Assembly: GCA_019136685.1 (NCBI GenBank)
Contig: JAGVTS010000124.1
Span: 17,460-81,459, forward strand
Reading direction: 5' to 3'
Length of the DNA stretch: 64,000 bases
Source: Bacillota bacterium
Lineage (GTDB): Bacteria; Bacillota; DTU025
In this document: in pieces, positions 16,886 through 27,354 of the stretch
Layout: the number at the start of each line of letters is the position of its first letter
Position numbering within the stretch: the stretch's first letter is position 1
Program-made: the position numbers and the translations under genes
The notes under the pieces: generated by a model
What the model was told of the DNA's origin: nothing
The model's input: the letters and a program-made list of their open reading frames with translations, nothing else
The model's database searches: none

Positions 16886-18359
16886 GTTAGGCTTTCTCAG
16901 TAACGTTGGGCTGGACTACCTCACCCTTGACCGTGAGGCGGGAACCTTGTCGGGCGGCGAGGCTCAGCGGATCAGGCTGGCCACCCAGATCGGGTCGAGC
17001 CTGGTAGGAGTGCTCTACATTCTGGACGAGCCGTCTATCGGGCTGCACCAGCGCGACAATGCACGATTGATCGCTACGCTGAAAGACCTGCGCGACTTGG
17101 GTAACACGCTCATTGTAGTGGAGCACGACGAGGAGACTATCAGATCGGCTGACTATGTAATCGATATAGGTCCGGGCGCCGGCGCCCATGGCGGCGAAGT
17201 GATCGCCGCCGGCACTGTCGGCGAAGTTGAGAGGAATCCGGCTTCCCTGACAGGGCAGTATCTTTCAGGCGCTCGAAGCATCCCTGTGCCGCCGGCGCGA
17301 AGAGAGCCCAACGGGAAGTCGCTGGTGATAGTGGGCGCTCGCGAGCATAACCTCAAGAACCTGGATGTGTCGATACCTCTGGGGTTGTTCGTGTGTGTGA
17401 CGGGCGTTTCCGGATCCGGGAAGAGCACTTTGATCAACGAGATACTCCACGCGCGGCTGGCGCGCGACCTGAACCGGGCGTATGCCAGGCCCGGCGCGCA
17501 CGACGACATACGGGGCACTGAGTACCTCGACAAGGTGATCGGCATCGACCAGTCGCCGATAGGGCGGACGCCAAGGTCCAACCCGGCCACCTACACCGGC
17601 GTGTTCGACTTCATCAGAGAGGTATTCGCGCGAACGACCGAGGCCAGGGCAAAAGGCTATAAGCCCGGCAGGTTCAGTTTCAACGTCAAGGGCGGCCGAT
17701 GTGAGGCGTGCCGAGGCGACGGCATTATCAAGATAGAGATGCATTTCCTACCCGACGTGTACGTTCCGTGCGAGGTGTGCAGGGGCGCACGGTACAACAG
17801 AGAGACCTTGGACGTGAAGTACAAGTCCAAGAGCATTGCAGACGTGCTTGCCATGAAGGTCGACGAGGCACTGGAATTCTTCTACAACATCCCGAGGATC
17901 CGGCGTAAGCTGCAGACTCTCTATGACGTCGGTCTCGGCTATATCCAGCTGGGCCAGCCGGCTACGACTCTCTCAGGGGGCGAAGCCCAGCGCGTGAAAC
18001 TCGCCACAGAGCTGTCGCGGCGCACCAATGGAAAGACACTGTATATACTGGATGAGCCCACTACTGGGCTGCACTTCGCGGACGTCGGTAAGCTCTTGGA
18101 GGTACTGCAGAAACTGGTAGACGGCGGCGATACCGTGCTGGTGATCGAGCACAATCTGGATGTCATCAAAACTGCTGACTACATCATAGACCTTGGCCCT
18201 GAAGGCGGCGACAAGGGCGGATGCTTGATCGCCGCGGGCACTCCGGAGCAAGTCGCAGCCACGCCCGGATCATACACCGGGCAATTCCTGACTAGGATTC
18301 TGCCGACTGAGGTGAAATCCGAGCACGGGCTGGAGGCGATGACCGGTGCCCTTGGATGA
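16743..18359 (+). CDS. uvrA: excinuclease ABC subunit A, C-terminal portion (continues in a different frame)
   Basis: [12 protein letters not shown]..., [17 protein letters not shown], second Walker [11 protein letters not shown], Zn-finger CEACRGDG...CEVCRGARY, second ABC signature [12 protein letters not shown]. Frame differs from the N-terminal part. Confidence 0.8.
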   Translation: MTVGGKSIAEVTSMSTADALAYFEGFSRQLTERETLIAKQVLKEIRARLGFLSNVGLDYLTLDREAGTLSGGEAQRIRLATQIGSSLVGVLYILDEPSIGLHQRDNARLIATLKDLRDLGNTLIVVEHDEETIRSADYVIDIGPGAGAHGGEVIAAGTVGEVERNPASLTGQYLSGARSIPVPPARREPNGKSLVIVGAREHNLKNLDVSIPLGLFVCVTGVSGSGKSTLINEILHARLARDLNRAYARPGAHDDIRGTEYLDKVIGIDQSPIGRTPRSNPATYTGVFDFIREVFARTTEARAKGYKPGRFSFNVKGGRCEACRGDGIIKIEMHFLPDVYVPCEVCRGARYNRETLDVKYKSKSIADVLAMKVDEALEFFYNIPRIRRKLQTLYDVGLGYIQLGQPATTLSGGEAQRVKLATELSRRTNGKTLYILDEPTTGLHFADVGKLLEVLQKLVDGGDTVLVIEHNLDVIKTADYIIDLGPEGGDKGGCLIAAGTPEQVAATPGSYTGQFLTRILPTEVKSEHGLEAMTGALG

Positions 18360-20196
18360 CACCCTTGCAGGCCTTCCCACATCTCCAGGCGTCTACTTGA
18401 TGAGGGATGACACAGGGCAGGTAATCTACGTAGGCAAGGCCATAAACCTCAGAAATCGAGTCCGGTCTTACTTTCAGTCATCTCGCGGCCATTCGCCTAA
18501 GGTTCAGCGAATGGTGGAGCGCATCGCCGACATAGACTACTTAGTCACCGGCTCTGAGCTAGAGGCTCTCATACTCGAGTGCAATCTGATCAAGAAGCAC
18601 AGGCCGCACTACAATGTCAGGCTGCGCGACGACAAGACCTACCCGTTCATCAGGGTGACTGTGAACGAGCCTTATCCTAGGATCTTCATGACGCGAACAG
18701 TGGTGAGGGATGGTTCACGTTACTTCGGTCCCTACACGGACGTCCCGGCCGTGCGTGAGACGCTCCGGATGCTCAAGACGCTCTTCCCGCTCAGGCAGTG
18801 CTCTCGGAAGTTCGACCCGGAGACCCCTGCGCGCCGTCCCTGCCTCAACTTCCACATCCGGCGTTGCCTCGGGCCGTGTGCCGGACAAGTGGAACCCCGC
18901 CTTTACCGAGAGATGGTCGACGAAGTAGTGCTCTTCCTAGAGGGAAGGCAGGTGGACCTGATCGAGAGCCTCCGCCGACGCATGGAGGCTGCAGCGGACG
19001 GCCTCGATTTTGAACAGGCAGCCCGGCTTCGCGACCAGATGCGCGCCGTGGAGAAGGTCGTCGAGAAGCAGAGGATCGTATCTGACACCGGCGTTGACCA
19101 GGATGTCATAGCGTTCGCTACTGATCCCTGGGGCGCATGCGTGCGGGTGATGTTCGTCCGCGATGGCAAGATCGTAGGCAGTGAGCACTTCATGTTGGGC
19201 GGCGCCGACGGGGCGGACGACGCCGAGATGCTGTCGGCATTTATCAAGGAATACTACTCAGAGGACTCTGTAGTTCCCCGGGAACTGCTCCTGCAGGCGG
19301 CGATAGACGATGCCGACATCTTGGAGAAGTGGTTGGCCGGCCGACGCGGGGGCGCCGTGTCGATCAAGACCCCGCAGCGGGGCGCCCGGCGCAGGCTGGT
19401 GGAACTGGCCGCCGAGAATGCCCGGGAGTACCTTGCAAGGGCGCGCGCGGCAGAGCAGAGCGAGATGCGGACGCGCATGGACGGCCTGGCTGAACTTGCG
19501 GCTTACCTGAAACTCGACGCGCCTCCCGCCAGGATAGAGTGTTATGATATATCCAATCTGCAGGGTACGGATGCTGTGGGGTCGATGGTGGTTTTCGAGG
19601 AGGGGCGTCCGGCGAAGTCACAGTACAGGCGTTACCGCATTCGCAGGGTGGAGGGGCAGGACGACTTTGCCATGATGGGAGAAGTCATCGATAGGCGACT
19701 TGCCCGCGCAACTGGGGAGAATCCAGATCCGAAGTTTGCGCGTCTGCCCGACCTCATAGTCATTGACGGCGGCAAGGGTCAGCTCAACTCGGCGGGCGCA
19801 GTCGTCGACGCCATGGCGCAATCGGCGGGATTGCCGCGAATCCCCGTAGTCAGTCTGGCGGAGCGCAATGAAGAGGTCTTCGTGAGAGGCGAGTCAGCGC
19901 CGCTGATTCTTCCTCGCGAGTCGAAGTCGCTCCGTCTTGTTCAGCACATGAGGGATGAGGCGCACAGGTTCGCCGTAGCATACCACCGGTCCCTAAGGGG
20001 CAAGAAGGGAATCACCTCGGAACTCGCCGAAGTGCCGGGAATCGGCAAGAAGAGGCTAGTGGCCCTGATGAGGAAGTTCGGGTCGCTCGGGGCGCTGGCG
20101 GAGGCTTCGGAGGATGAGATTGTTTCGGTTAAGGGCATGACCGCTCCGGCAGCCAGAGCAGTTTGGGAGCATCTTCATCCGGAGGAGGAACGATAG
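18346..20196 (+). CDS. uvrC: excinuclease ABC subunit C
   Basis: GIY-YIG domain ([26 protein letters not shown]), UVR domain, RNase H-like/HhH C-terminus. 616 aa. Confidence 0.95.
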   Translation: MPLDDTLAGLPTSPGVYLMRDDTGQVIYVGKAINLRNRVRSYFQSSRGHSPKVQRMVERIADIDYLVTGSELEALILECNLIKKHRPHYNVRLRDDKTYPFIRVTVNEPYPRIFMTRTVVRDGSRYFGPYTDVPAVRETLRMLKTLFPLRQCSRKFDPETPARRPCLNFHIRRCLGPCAGQVEPRLYREMVDEVVLFLEGRQVDLIESLRRRMEAAADGLDFEQAARLRDQMRAVEKVVEKQRIVSDTGVDQDVIAFATDPWGACVRVMFVRDGKIVGSEHFMLGGADGADDAEMLSAFIKEYYSEDSVVPRELLLQAAIDDADILEKWLAGRRGGAVSIKTPQRGARRRLVELAAENAREYLARARAAEQSEMRTRMDGLAELAAYLKLDAPPARIECYDISNLQGTDAVGSMVVFEEGRPAKSQYRRYRIRRVEGQDDFAMMGEVIDRRLARATGENPDPKFARLPDLIVIDGGKGQLNSAGAVVDAMAQSAGLPRIPVVSLAERNEEVFVRGESAPLILPRESKSLRLVQHMRDEAHRFAVAYHRSLRGKKGITSELAEVPGIGKKRLVALMRKFGSLGALAEASEDEIVSVKGMTAPAARAVWEHLHPEEER

Positions 20197-20874
20197 ATGA
20201 GTGCGGGAATCAACGGCGGAGATAGCCGGTCTCGGGTCGTGACTGCGATCGTCGAGACTCGAATCGGTCCAGTGCGGGCTGAGGCCGGTCCGGGCGGCCT
20301 CAGGCGTGTATCGCTCCCGGAGGTGGACACCGCTCGGCTGCTGCGCCTGCCTCTGCCGACGCCGATCCGACGCACTCTGGCAGAGGGAACGCTTACACCT
20401 GCGACACTCCTGTCGAGCCTGGGGCTGAATCGGGTGGTCATTGGCTCGGAACAGCTTGCGGCAGGGCCGGACGGAACCCCGTCCCGTCGGGCCGGCGCGG
20501 ATCCCCAGGACGTCCTGTCATCTGTCCTGCACGACCTGAAGCTTCTCTTCGAAGGCGATCTGGATCCTCTGGGGTTACGTTTTGATTACCCCATCGATCT
20601 TACGTGGTGCGGCAACTTCACCCGTCTGATCATGACCGGCATGGCAAGTATTCCGCCGGGAGCGGTCACGACCTATGGCGCGCTGGCCGCGGCGGCTCGA
20701 AGCCCTCGCGCAGCCAGGGCCGCAGGATCTGTGGTCGGCGCCAATCCCCTAGGGGTAGTGGTGCCGTGCCATCGGGTGATCGGATCCAACGGGGCCCTGA
20801 CAGGCTTCGGAGGCGGATTGGCGCTCAAAGTGGCGCTGCTGGCTTTGGAAGAGGCGGCAGTTGTACAAAATTAA
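20197..20874 (+). CDS. ogt: methylated-DNA--protein-cysteine methyltransferase
   Basis: Active-site PCHRV motif (VVPCHRVIGSNGALTGFGGG). ATG immediately follows the uvrC stop (TAGATG). Confidence 0.8.
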   Translation: MSAGINGGDSRSRVVTAIVETRIGPVRAEAGPGGLRRVSLPEVDTARLLRLPLPTPIRRTLAEGTLTPATLLSSLGLNRVVIGSEQLAAGPDGTPSRRAGADPQDVLSSVLHDLKLLFEGDLDPLGLRFDYPIDLTWCGNFTRLIMTGMASIPPGAVTTYGALAAAARSPRAARAAGSVVGANPLGVVVPCHRVIGSNGALTGFGGGLALKVALLALEEAAVVQN

Positions 20875-20882
20875 TGTCGATG

Positions 20883-20911
20883 TTGACATTATCAATACTT
20901 GGCTTTATGAT
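20883..20911 (+). promoter_or_regulatory. near-consensus sigma-A-type promoter (TTGACA-17-TATGAT) for the DUF2089-DUF4097-PspC operon
   Basis: TTGACA at 20883-20888, 17-bp spacer, TATGAT at 20906-20911. Confidence 0.5.
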
Positions 20912-20951
20912 GTGAAGTAGGGTTATGCCGGACGAGGGAGGTGTGCCTTTG

Positions 20952-21338
20952 ATGAAGCGACGCGAGCTCTTGGGTAAGTGCCCGGTGTGCGGAGAGAGCC
21001 TGGACGTGACCAGGCTTGCGTGCAGAGGCTGCGGCACCGCCATAGAGGGGCGGTTCGATACGTGCAAGTTCTGCCAGCTCACGCCGGAACACCGCGCGTT
21101 CGTAGATGTGTTCATCAAGAACAGGGGCAATATCAAGGAGGTCGAGAAGGAGCTAGGAATATCGTACCCCACCGTCCGCAATAGGCTGGATGCGGTCATC
21201 GCCGCCCTGGGCTACCGGGTTGAGGAGCCTGCGGAGGAGAAGGGTGAGGCCGGGGTTCAACGCAAGGCGATTGTGGAAGCTCTGGCGCGCGGCGAGATCA
21301 GCGCCGACGATGCCGTGAAACAACTCCGGGCCAAGTGA
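20952..21338 (+). CDS. DUF2089-family protein (zinc ribbon + HTH; YvlA-like position) with C-terminal SHOCT-like motif
   Basis: CPVCGESLDVTRLACRGCG zinc ribbon, NRGNIKEVEKELGISYPTVRNRLD HTH. GGAGG lies 9 nt upstream of ATG 20952. The ORF-track start at 20925 is probably too early. Confidence 0.7.
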   Translation: MKRRELLGKCPVCGESLDVTRLACRGCGTAIEGRFDTCKFCQLTPEHRAFVDVFIKNRGNIKEVEKELGISYPTVRNRLDAVIAALGYRVEEPAEEKGEAGVQRKAIVEALARGEISADDAVKQLRAK

Positions 21339-21357
21339 TCAGGGGGAGGGTGGAGCC

Positions 21358-22464
21358 ATGAGCGAAGAGCGGAAGATCATACTGAACCTGCTGGCGGAGG
21401 GCAGAATCACCGCCGATGAAGCCGAGCAACTGCTGGAGGCGTTGGACGAATCCGATCTGTACGATCCGGGCGACTCAGGCCCGGTCGATCAGAGCGACTT
21501 GGGTGATCGACTGGAAGCTCGCCATGATGTGATCGCTGACGACCTTTCCGAGAGGCTTTCGAAAGCGGTATCGGAAATGGCCGAGGCCGGTCAGGAGCTG
21601 CCCGACAGGCTGGCGCGGATGTTGGGCTCCATGTTTGGTTCGCTCGGCTGGTCGTTCGGGCCCGTGGGTGTGCAAGCCGAGCGGACGTTTGAGTCGGAAA
21701 TCCCTGCAGACTGCATCATATCCGCCATCGACTTCGCAACCTCAAACGGCAGCGTCAAGCTGACGGGCTGGGATAGGCCAGGTTACAAGGTAGTGGCTAG
21801 AGCAACGGTGAGGGGTGTTGAGAGCCGATCCGAGGCGGAGCGGAGGTTGGCTTCGGGGCTCGCGCTTTCGTTCGAGGGCGGAGTGATGCGGCTTGAGTGC
21901 AGAGATGATGCTATCCGCAACTCGCTCTCGGTCGAAGCGTACCTGCCCCGGGCGAACACATATGATGTCAAGGTGAGCTCGCGCAACGGGTCCGCGACGC
22001 TGGAGTCGCTGACCGCGGGATCGATCGACGTGCACTCCGCCAACGGGCGCGTCGCGCTCGGCGACGTTACGGCGGCGAGCACCACTGCGTCTGCGCGCAA
22101 TGGATCTGTGACAGCATCTGGGGATTTGGGCGATGCCGACCTCGAGACGGCCAACGGCTCCGTGAGCGTGACCCTATCCTACCGGTCCGCCGGAAGGCTC
22201 CGAGTGAACACTGGGAACGGCAGCGTGCGACTGAACGTTCCGCGGGATGCTCGCGTGGCTTATGAGATCAACGCACACACGGTCAACGGCTCAGTCAGGA
22301 CTTCGTTGGAAGGCGCGGAGGTTAGGCGGGAACCAGGCGCCGGGAGAGGCGCACGTCGTAGCGTGTCGCTGGTTGCCCGTCCCGGCAGCGCCGTGTCATC
22401 GCCTTCAACCGTCGTCGTGGAAGCGAGGGCGGTCAACGGTTCCGTATCAATCCACAGCGTCTAG
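21358..22464 (+). CDS. DUF4097 (putative adhesin / YvlB-like) domain protein with N-terminal SHOCT-like motif
   Basis: N-terminal ILNLLAEGRITADEAEQLLEAL. C-terminal repeated beta-strand units with recurrent NGSV/NGSA motifs, typical of DUF4097 LiaF/YvlB-like proteins. Confidence 0.7.
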   Translation: MSEERKIILNLLAEGRITADEAEQLLEALDESDLYDPGDSGPVDQSDLGDRLEARHDVIADDLSERLSKAVSEMAEAGQELPDRLARMLGSMFGSLGWSFGPVGVQAERTFESEIPADCIISAIDFATSNGSVKLTGWDRPGYKVVARATVRGVESRSEAERRLASGLALSFEGGVMRLECRDDAIRNSLSVEAYLPRANTYDVKVSSRNGSATLESLTAGSIDVHSANGRVALGDVTAASTTASARNGSVTASGDLGDADLETANGSVSVTLSYRSAGRLRVNTGNGSVRLNVPRDARVAYEINAHTVNGSVRTSLEGAEVRREPGAGRGARRSVSLVARPGSAVSSPSTVVVEARAVNGSVSIHSV

Positions 22465-22491
22465 GATGAAGCTTCTGGGGAGGGATGAACA

Positions 22492-22860
22492 GTGGAAGCC
22501 GAAAAGAGACAAATTCTTGAGATGGTGCGCGACGGCAAGCTGACTGTGGAGGAAGCGCAGAAGGTAATGGAGGCCATGGATCAGGGAGACGAAGGCGGGC
22601 GTTCGCCGGCTGCGTCTAGGCCTCCCAGGTTCCTGCGTGTGCGGGTGAAGGACGAAGATGGCTCCAGGGTCAACATCAGCCTTCCAATATCGCTTGTGCG
22701 TACGCTATGGAGGTTCATCCCCCGGGACGCCATGCGCGAGCTGGAAGCGCAGAACATCAACGTGGATTCTATTCTCACGGCGATCAACGAGGGTGCGCAG
22801 GGAAGCCTGGTCGACGTGGAAGACGAAGACGGCTCTAGAGTCGAGATAGTCATTGAGTAG
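22492..22860 (+). CDS. hypothetical protein with N-terminal SHOCT-like motif
   Basis: ILEMVRDGKLTVEEAQKVMEAM, followed by a duplicated EDEDGSRV... segment. 122 aa. Confidence 0.5.
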   Translation: MEAEKRQILEMVRDGKLTVEEAQKVMEAMDQGDEGGRSPAASRPPRFLRVRVKDEDGSRVNISLPISLVRTLWRFIPRDAMRELEAQNINVDSILTAINEGAQGSLVDVEDEDGSRVEIVIE

Positions 22861-22939
22861 GGCGCTGTATCGCAGGTCATGGAGGATTCCTGGCGGAATG
22901 CTAGAATAATATCAAGATGAATGCAAGCTGACTGGGGGT

Positions 22940-23143
22940 GTGGGCAGTATGCAGAGGCGTCTTTACAGATCAGTGCGCGAGCGCATGCTTGGAGGCGTTT
23001 GCGGAGGACTTGCCAACTACTTGGGAACCGATCCAACACTCATACGTCTAGTATGGGTAGCACTCTCCCTGTTCACCAGAGGGTTTCCCGGCATCATACT
23101 CTACATTGTCGGATGGATCGTGATACCGGAGGAACCCGCTTGA
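22940..23143 (+). CDS. PspC domain-containing protein
   Basis: RLYRSVRERMLGGVCGGLANYLGTDPTLIRLVWVALSLF...ILYIVGWIVIP is the PspC signature. GTG at 22940 or ATG at 22949. TAGAATAAT -10-like element upstream. Confidence 0.7.
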   Translation: MGSMQRRLYRSVRERMLGGVCGGLANYLGTDPTLIRLVWVALSLFTRGFPGIILYIVGWIVIPEEPA

Positions 23144-23170
23144 TTACTCTTGGGGAGGCTTTGCATTCAG

Positions 23171-23572
23171 ATGACGGGCAGCTACGATAATCGCCCGCAC
23201 GGCGCGATGCCGGGTTGGCTGGTGAAATGGCTCATTAATGCGCTCGCGCTGCTGATAGTGTCGTACGTGCCCTATGGCCGCGGCCAGCTTATACAGATCG
23301 ACGGCGCGGGAGCCGCTCTTATCGCCGCGATGGTGTTGGGTATCGTCAACACGTTCATCAGGCCGGTGTTCATGTTGTTCAGTCTGCCGATGCAGTTCGC
23401 CACGTTCGGCCTGTTCACTCTGGTCATCAATGCGCTGATGCTCATGTTGGGCGATTGGTTGATGGGCTCCTCGTTTGACCTGCCCGGAGGGCTTTTTGCC
23501 GCGATCGTTGCCTCCGTCCTGTTGAGCCTGACCGGCGCGGCGCTCAATTCCATTATCCGAGGAGACAGGTAG
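23171..23572 (+). CDS. DUF360 / phage-holin-4-like membrane protein (YvlD-like)
   Basis: Hydrophobic protein WLVKWLINALALLIVSYV...GIVNTFIRPVFMLFSLP. ATG 23171 is preceded by GGGGAGG. The ORF track starts at TTG 23150. Confidence 0.65.
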   Translation: MTGSYDNRPHGAMPGWLVKWLINALALLIVSYVPYGRGQLIQIDGAGAALIAAMVLGIVNTFIRPVFMLFSLPMQFATFGLFTLVINALMLMLGDWLMGSSFDLPGGLFAAIVASVLLSLTGAALNSIIRGDR

Positions 23573-23575
23573 CCA

Positions 23576-24370
23576 TTGATACGTCTCGTAGCCATTGATC
23601 TGGATAACACGTTGCTTCGCTCGGATTTGTCGATTTCTTCCGCGAACCGGAATGCTCTGAAGCGAGCCCGCAGGGCCGGGGCCGTGGTAGCAATCGCAAC
23701 AGGCAGGATGTTTCAGACCGCTCGTCTGATCGTGTCTGACCTGGGGCCCGAGATGCCCATAGCTGCGTACAACGGCGCACTGATCAGGATGCGTGACAGC
23801 GGCGAAACCCTATGCAGCATGCCGATAGATCCCGAAGACGGTGAACGGGTCGTCAGGTTCCTGTGGGATTGGGGTATTGTGTTCCAGGCATACTTCGACG
23901 ACGAGCTCTACGTGCCGCGGCCGACATCGGCCTCGGCTGACTACGGGTCCAGGTACGGCGCGGCGGTGCATGTCCTGGACGATATCGAGGAGTTCGCGAG
24001 GCGCCCGTCGCTGAAATACTTGATCATCGAGGATCCTGGGAGGATCGATTCGGTGCGGCGGGCGCTTGAAGGCGTCATTGGACCCAACTTGCGTACTATG
24101 CGATCCCAGCCTGAGTTGCTCGAAGTAGTTGACTCGCGCGTGTCAAAAGGGCAGGCCCTCCGTCATCTTGCTCGTCATTTTCGAATAGATATCGCTCACA
24201 CGATGGCCATCGGCGATTCGGAGAATGATATCGACATGTTGCGCGATGCAGCGGTCGGAATCGCCGTGTCGGGCGCCGCCCACGACGTGCAGGCAGTTGC
24301 CGACTATGTCGTAGCTTCGAATGACGATGATGGTGTGGCGGAGGCCCTGTCCAGGTTCGTGTCGTGCTGA
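23576..24370 (+). CDS. Cof-type HAD-IIB family hydrolase
   Basis: IDLDNTLL (motif I), ATGRM, IAIGDSENDIDML (motif IV). Confidence 0.8.
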   Translation: MIRLVAIDLDNTLLRSDLSISSANRNALKRARRAGAVVAIATGRMFQTARLIVSDLGPEMPIAAYNGALIRMRDSGETLCSMPIDPEDGERVVRFLWDWGIVFQAYFDDELYVPRPTSASADYGSRYGAAVHVLDDIEEFARRPSLKYLIIEDPGRIDSVRRALEGVIGPNLRTMRSQPELLEVVDSRVSKGQALRHLARHFRIDIAHTMAIGDSENDIDMLRDAAVGIAVSGAAHDVQAVADYVVASNDDDGVAEALSRFVSC

Positions 24371-24397
24371 GTCTGCCTGACTTGTTTTCGGTGGGGA

Positions 24398-25234
24398 GTG
24401 ACTGCTGGATTGACCGTGCTGAGCTTTCCCGATGTGACCCCGATACAGATTTTGACCACTATTGCCGACGTGGCGATAGTGGCTTTCCTCGTCTATCAAG
24501 TCATGACCCTTTTCAAGGGCACTCAAGCAGTGTCGTTAATCAAAGGGTTAGCCATTCTGTTCGCCGCCAACGCCCTTGCTGGGTTGCTTAGGCTGGACGC
24601 TCTCCACTGGTTGCTCAGGCAGGTTACCACCATGACGTTTGTGGGCATTCCCATTGTCTTTCAGCCGGAAATACGTAGAGGCCTCGACCAGCTGGGGCGC
24701 GGTCGTTTGTTCGGCACGCCCATGAGCGCCATCGGCCCTGAGGAAACGCGCAGGGTGCTGGCTGAACTGTGCCGAGCTGCCGAGATGATGTCGCGGGAGT
24801 ACACCGGGTCTCTCATCGTTCTGGAGAGAGAGACCGGCGTGGGCGATGTGGCGGAGTCAGGAGTGAAGCTCGACGCGCGTGTGTCAGGGGAGCTCTTGCT
24901 GAACATCTTCACACCCCATACGCCGCTCCACGACGGGGCAGTTGTGATTCGGGGAAACCGGATAGTAGCTGCGGCCTGTATCCTGCCGCTCACGGAGAGG
25001 CGTGCCGGCGGGCGGAAGGTCGGCACTAGGCACCGTGCGGCGCTGGGCATCAGTGAGCGCAGCGACGCGGCGGTTGTGGTGGTGTCAGAAGAAACAGGAG
25101 CAATCTCCCTGGCCAGCGGCGGCGAGCTCGTTCGCGATCTTTCGCCTACCGAGCTTCGACGGCGGCTGGATACGCTGTTCGACCTAGACGCGAAAGAGAG
25201 CAAGTTCTGGCGGATAAGGGGCGCTGGGCGATGA
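24398..25234 (+). CDS. cdaA: diadenylate cyclase (c-di-AMP synthase)
   Basis: N-terminal TM helices, DAC domain motifs LHDGAVVIRGNRIVAA, GTRHRAALGISE, VVVSEETGAIS. Confidence 0.9.
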   Translation: MTAGLTVLSFPDVTPIQILTTIADVAIVAFLVYQVMTLFKGTQAVSLIKGLAILFAANALAGLLRLDALHWLLRQVTTMTFVGIPIVFQPEIRRGLDQLGRGRLFGTPMSAIGPEETRRVLAELCRAAEMMSREYTGSLIVLERETGVGDVAESGVKLDARVSGELLLNIFTPHTPLHDGAVVIRGNRIVAAACILPLTERRAGGRKVGTRHRAALGISERSDAAVVVVSEETGAISLASGGELVRDLSPTELRRRLDTLFDLDAKESKFWRIRGAGR

Positions 25235-25941
25235 CACCGACTGCAAGTGGCTGGAAAGAGATATCTATGAGGGCTCTCGCACTTTGTCTGGCGGGAGTGA
25301 TATGGGTAGTTGCAGGCAGCGAGAAGAGCCGCACAACGCCTGCGCTTACATTTGACGCAATTCGGGACGCCACAGTCGTTGTCAAGAACGTTCCCCAGGG
25401 TATGGTGGTGACCCAGGTCCCGTCTTCCGTGACTGTCCGGCTCAGAGGAGCCAGGGGGCTTGAGACGGCCAGTACCGCTGAGATCGTCGCCGTGGTCGAC
25501 CTGGCGGGTATGACCCCCGGGCAGCATCTGCTGACCGCCGAGCCATTGCCTCCGTCCGGGCTGGAAGTGGTGAAGTCTGGAGCCATCATGGTGGGAGTGA
25601 CGGTGGAGGAGCTTGTGTCCGCCGAGTTCGACGTGGAAGTGGCCATTGGTCCGGATCTGGCGCCCGAGGGCATGGTCAGGGTGAACCCGGCGCCCTGCAG
25701 GGTTCGGGTAGAAGGCCCTGCAGCTGCCGTTGGCAGTGTATCGCATGTAGTGGCGCTTGCTCTAGGGAGTGTAGAGGAAGCGCCGGCCGAGGACGAGGAC
25801 GAAGGGGCGACTCCGGGTCAGATGGCTGAGCAATCGCAGGGAGTAGTGGCTACACTGCTGGCGCTGAGCGACAGTGGCGAGGTTGTACGGAGCGTGGAGG
25901 TGTATCCCGGCGAGGTGCTGGTGCGCTGGGAATCTCATTGA
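25231..25941 (+). CDS. cdaR: CdaA regulatory protein CdaR (YbbR-like)
   Basis: Position immediately downstream of and overlapping cdaA. N-terminal TM anchor. YbbR-like repeat region. Classic cdaA-cdaR-glmM order. Confidence 0.65.
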   Translation: MTPTASGWKEISMRALALCLAGVIWVVAGSEKSRTTPALTFDAIRDATVVVKNVPQGMVVTQVPSSVTVRLRGARGLETASTAEIVAVVDLAGMTPGQHLLTAEPLPPSGLEVVKSGAIMVGVTVEELVSAEFDVEVAIGPDLAPEGMVRVNPAPCRVRVEGPAAAVGSVSHVVALALGSVEEAPAEDEDEGATPGQMAEQSQGVVATLLALSDSGEVVRSVEVYPGEVLVRWESH

Positions 25942-25950
25942 GCGTCCTGC

Positions 25951-27354
25951 ATGAAGTGGAGGTCGAATTGTGCCGTGGGCGTACTTTTCGGGACTGATGG
26001 AGTAAGGGATGTTGCCAACACCCGATTAACTCCTGAGCTTGCGTTCAGATTGGGCAGGGCGGGGGCCGTCATTGCTCTGCGTCGCACGGAAGGCAGGCCG
26101 CTGATGGTGGTGGGCGGGGATACGCGCAGATCCACCGGCATGCTGGAGGCAGCCGTGGTGGCCGGTATCACCTCAGCGGGGGTCGATGTGACCCGGGTGG
26201 GAGTGGTTCCCACGCCGGCGGTGGCGTACTTGACTCGTGCACTGGGCGCAGATGCGGGTGTGGTGATTTCCGCCTCTCATAACCCCGCGGAGTACAACGG
26301 GATCAAGTTCTTCGGGCCGGATGGGTTCAAGCTCGCCGACGAATTGGAGGACGAAATCGAGGCCGGGGCTTTGGCAGCAGGAGGCGGCGACATGGGCGCG
26401 GCAGCGTGGCAGGAGGCCGACGGCCTTCCGCGCCCACACGGGCGCGGCGTTGGGGTCGTTCGTGACATCGTTGACGCTGCCGACAGATACGTGCAGTCTG
26501 TGATGGGTGTAGCCCGGCGCAGGCTGGACGGGCTACATGTCGTGATCGATTGTGCCAACGGCGCTTCCTATCGCACTTCACCTGCGGCCTTTCGGGCGCT
26601 TGGCGCCACGACGACGGTGATCAACGACTCCCCGAACGGCGACAACATCAACGTCCATTGCGGATCGACGCATCCCGAATCGCTTCAGAGTGCGGTGTGC
26701 GAGCTCGGGGCGGACCTTGGATTCGCGCACGACGGCGATGCAGACCGTGTCATGGCCGTTGATGCTCGTGGGAGTGTTGTGGACGGCGATCAGATGATGG
26801 CTGTGTGCGCGGTTTTCCGCGCGGCCAACGGGGGCCTGCCGGGTGGGGCAATTGTGGCTACGCAGTACAGTAATCTCGGCCTGGTTCAGGCATTGAACGC
26901 CATCGGGTGTCAGGTGGTAATGGCCGACGCAGGCGACAAGTATGTCCTTCAGGAGATGAGGCGTCGCGGGCTGGTGCTCGGAGGCGAGCAATCCGGACAC
27001 ATCATAATGCTGGAGAAGACTACTACAGGCGATGGTTTGGTCACAGCCATCGAGGTTGCGTCCATTGTGGCAGCTACAGGCAAACCCCTGGAGGAACTGG
27101 CCTGCGCCATGGTGAAATTTCCACAGATCATGGTGAACGTGAACGTGTCGCGCAAGGAAGAGTATGGCGCTTCCCGGAGGATACAGGCGGCTGTGGAGGA
27201 GGCCCAGGCCGCGCTGGGCGACGCGGCCAGGCTTGTGGTTAGGCCCTCAGGCACTGAACCGGTGGTCCGCGTCATGGGCGAAGGGGCTGATGAGTCCTTG
27301 GTGAGGAAGGTTGTTGAGAGTGTCGCAGTTGTCATTCGGGCGGAACTTGCCTGA
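25951..27354 (+). CDS. glmM: phosphoglucosamine mutase
   Basis: FGTDGVRD, active-site SASHNPAEYNGIKF, phosphohexomutase domains. 467 aa. Confidence 0.9.
   Translation: MKWRSNCAVGVLFGTDGVRDVANTRLTPELAFRLGRAGAVIALRRTEGRPLMVVGGDTRRSTGMLEAAVVAGITSAGVDVTRVGVVPTPAVAYLTRALGADAGVVISASHNPAEYNGIKFFGPDGFKLADELEDEIEAGALAAGGGDMGAAAWQEADGLPRPHGRGVGVVRDIVDAADRYVQSVMGVARRRLDGLHVVIDCANGASYRTSPAAFRALGATTTVINDSPNGDNINVHCGSTHPESLQSAVCELGADLGFAHDGDADRVMAVDARGSVVDGDQMMAVCAVFRAANGGLPGGAIVATQYSNLGLVQALNAIGCQVVMADAGDKYVLQEMRRRGLVLGGEQSGHIIMLEKTTTGDGLVTAIEVASIVAATGKPLEELACAMVKFPQIMVNVNVSRKEEYGASRRIQAAVEEAQAALGDAARLVVRPSGTEPVVRVMGEGADESLVRKVVESVAVVIRAELA

Noticed and set aside
20925-20951. ORF-track start of the DUF2089 gene at 20925
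   Set aside because: It lies only about 7 nt after the predicted -10 element and has no RBS. The second ATG at 20952 has GGAGG at optimal spacing and matches the usual M-x-x-CPVCG start of the family.
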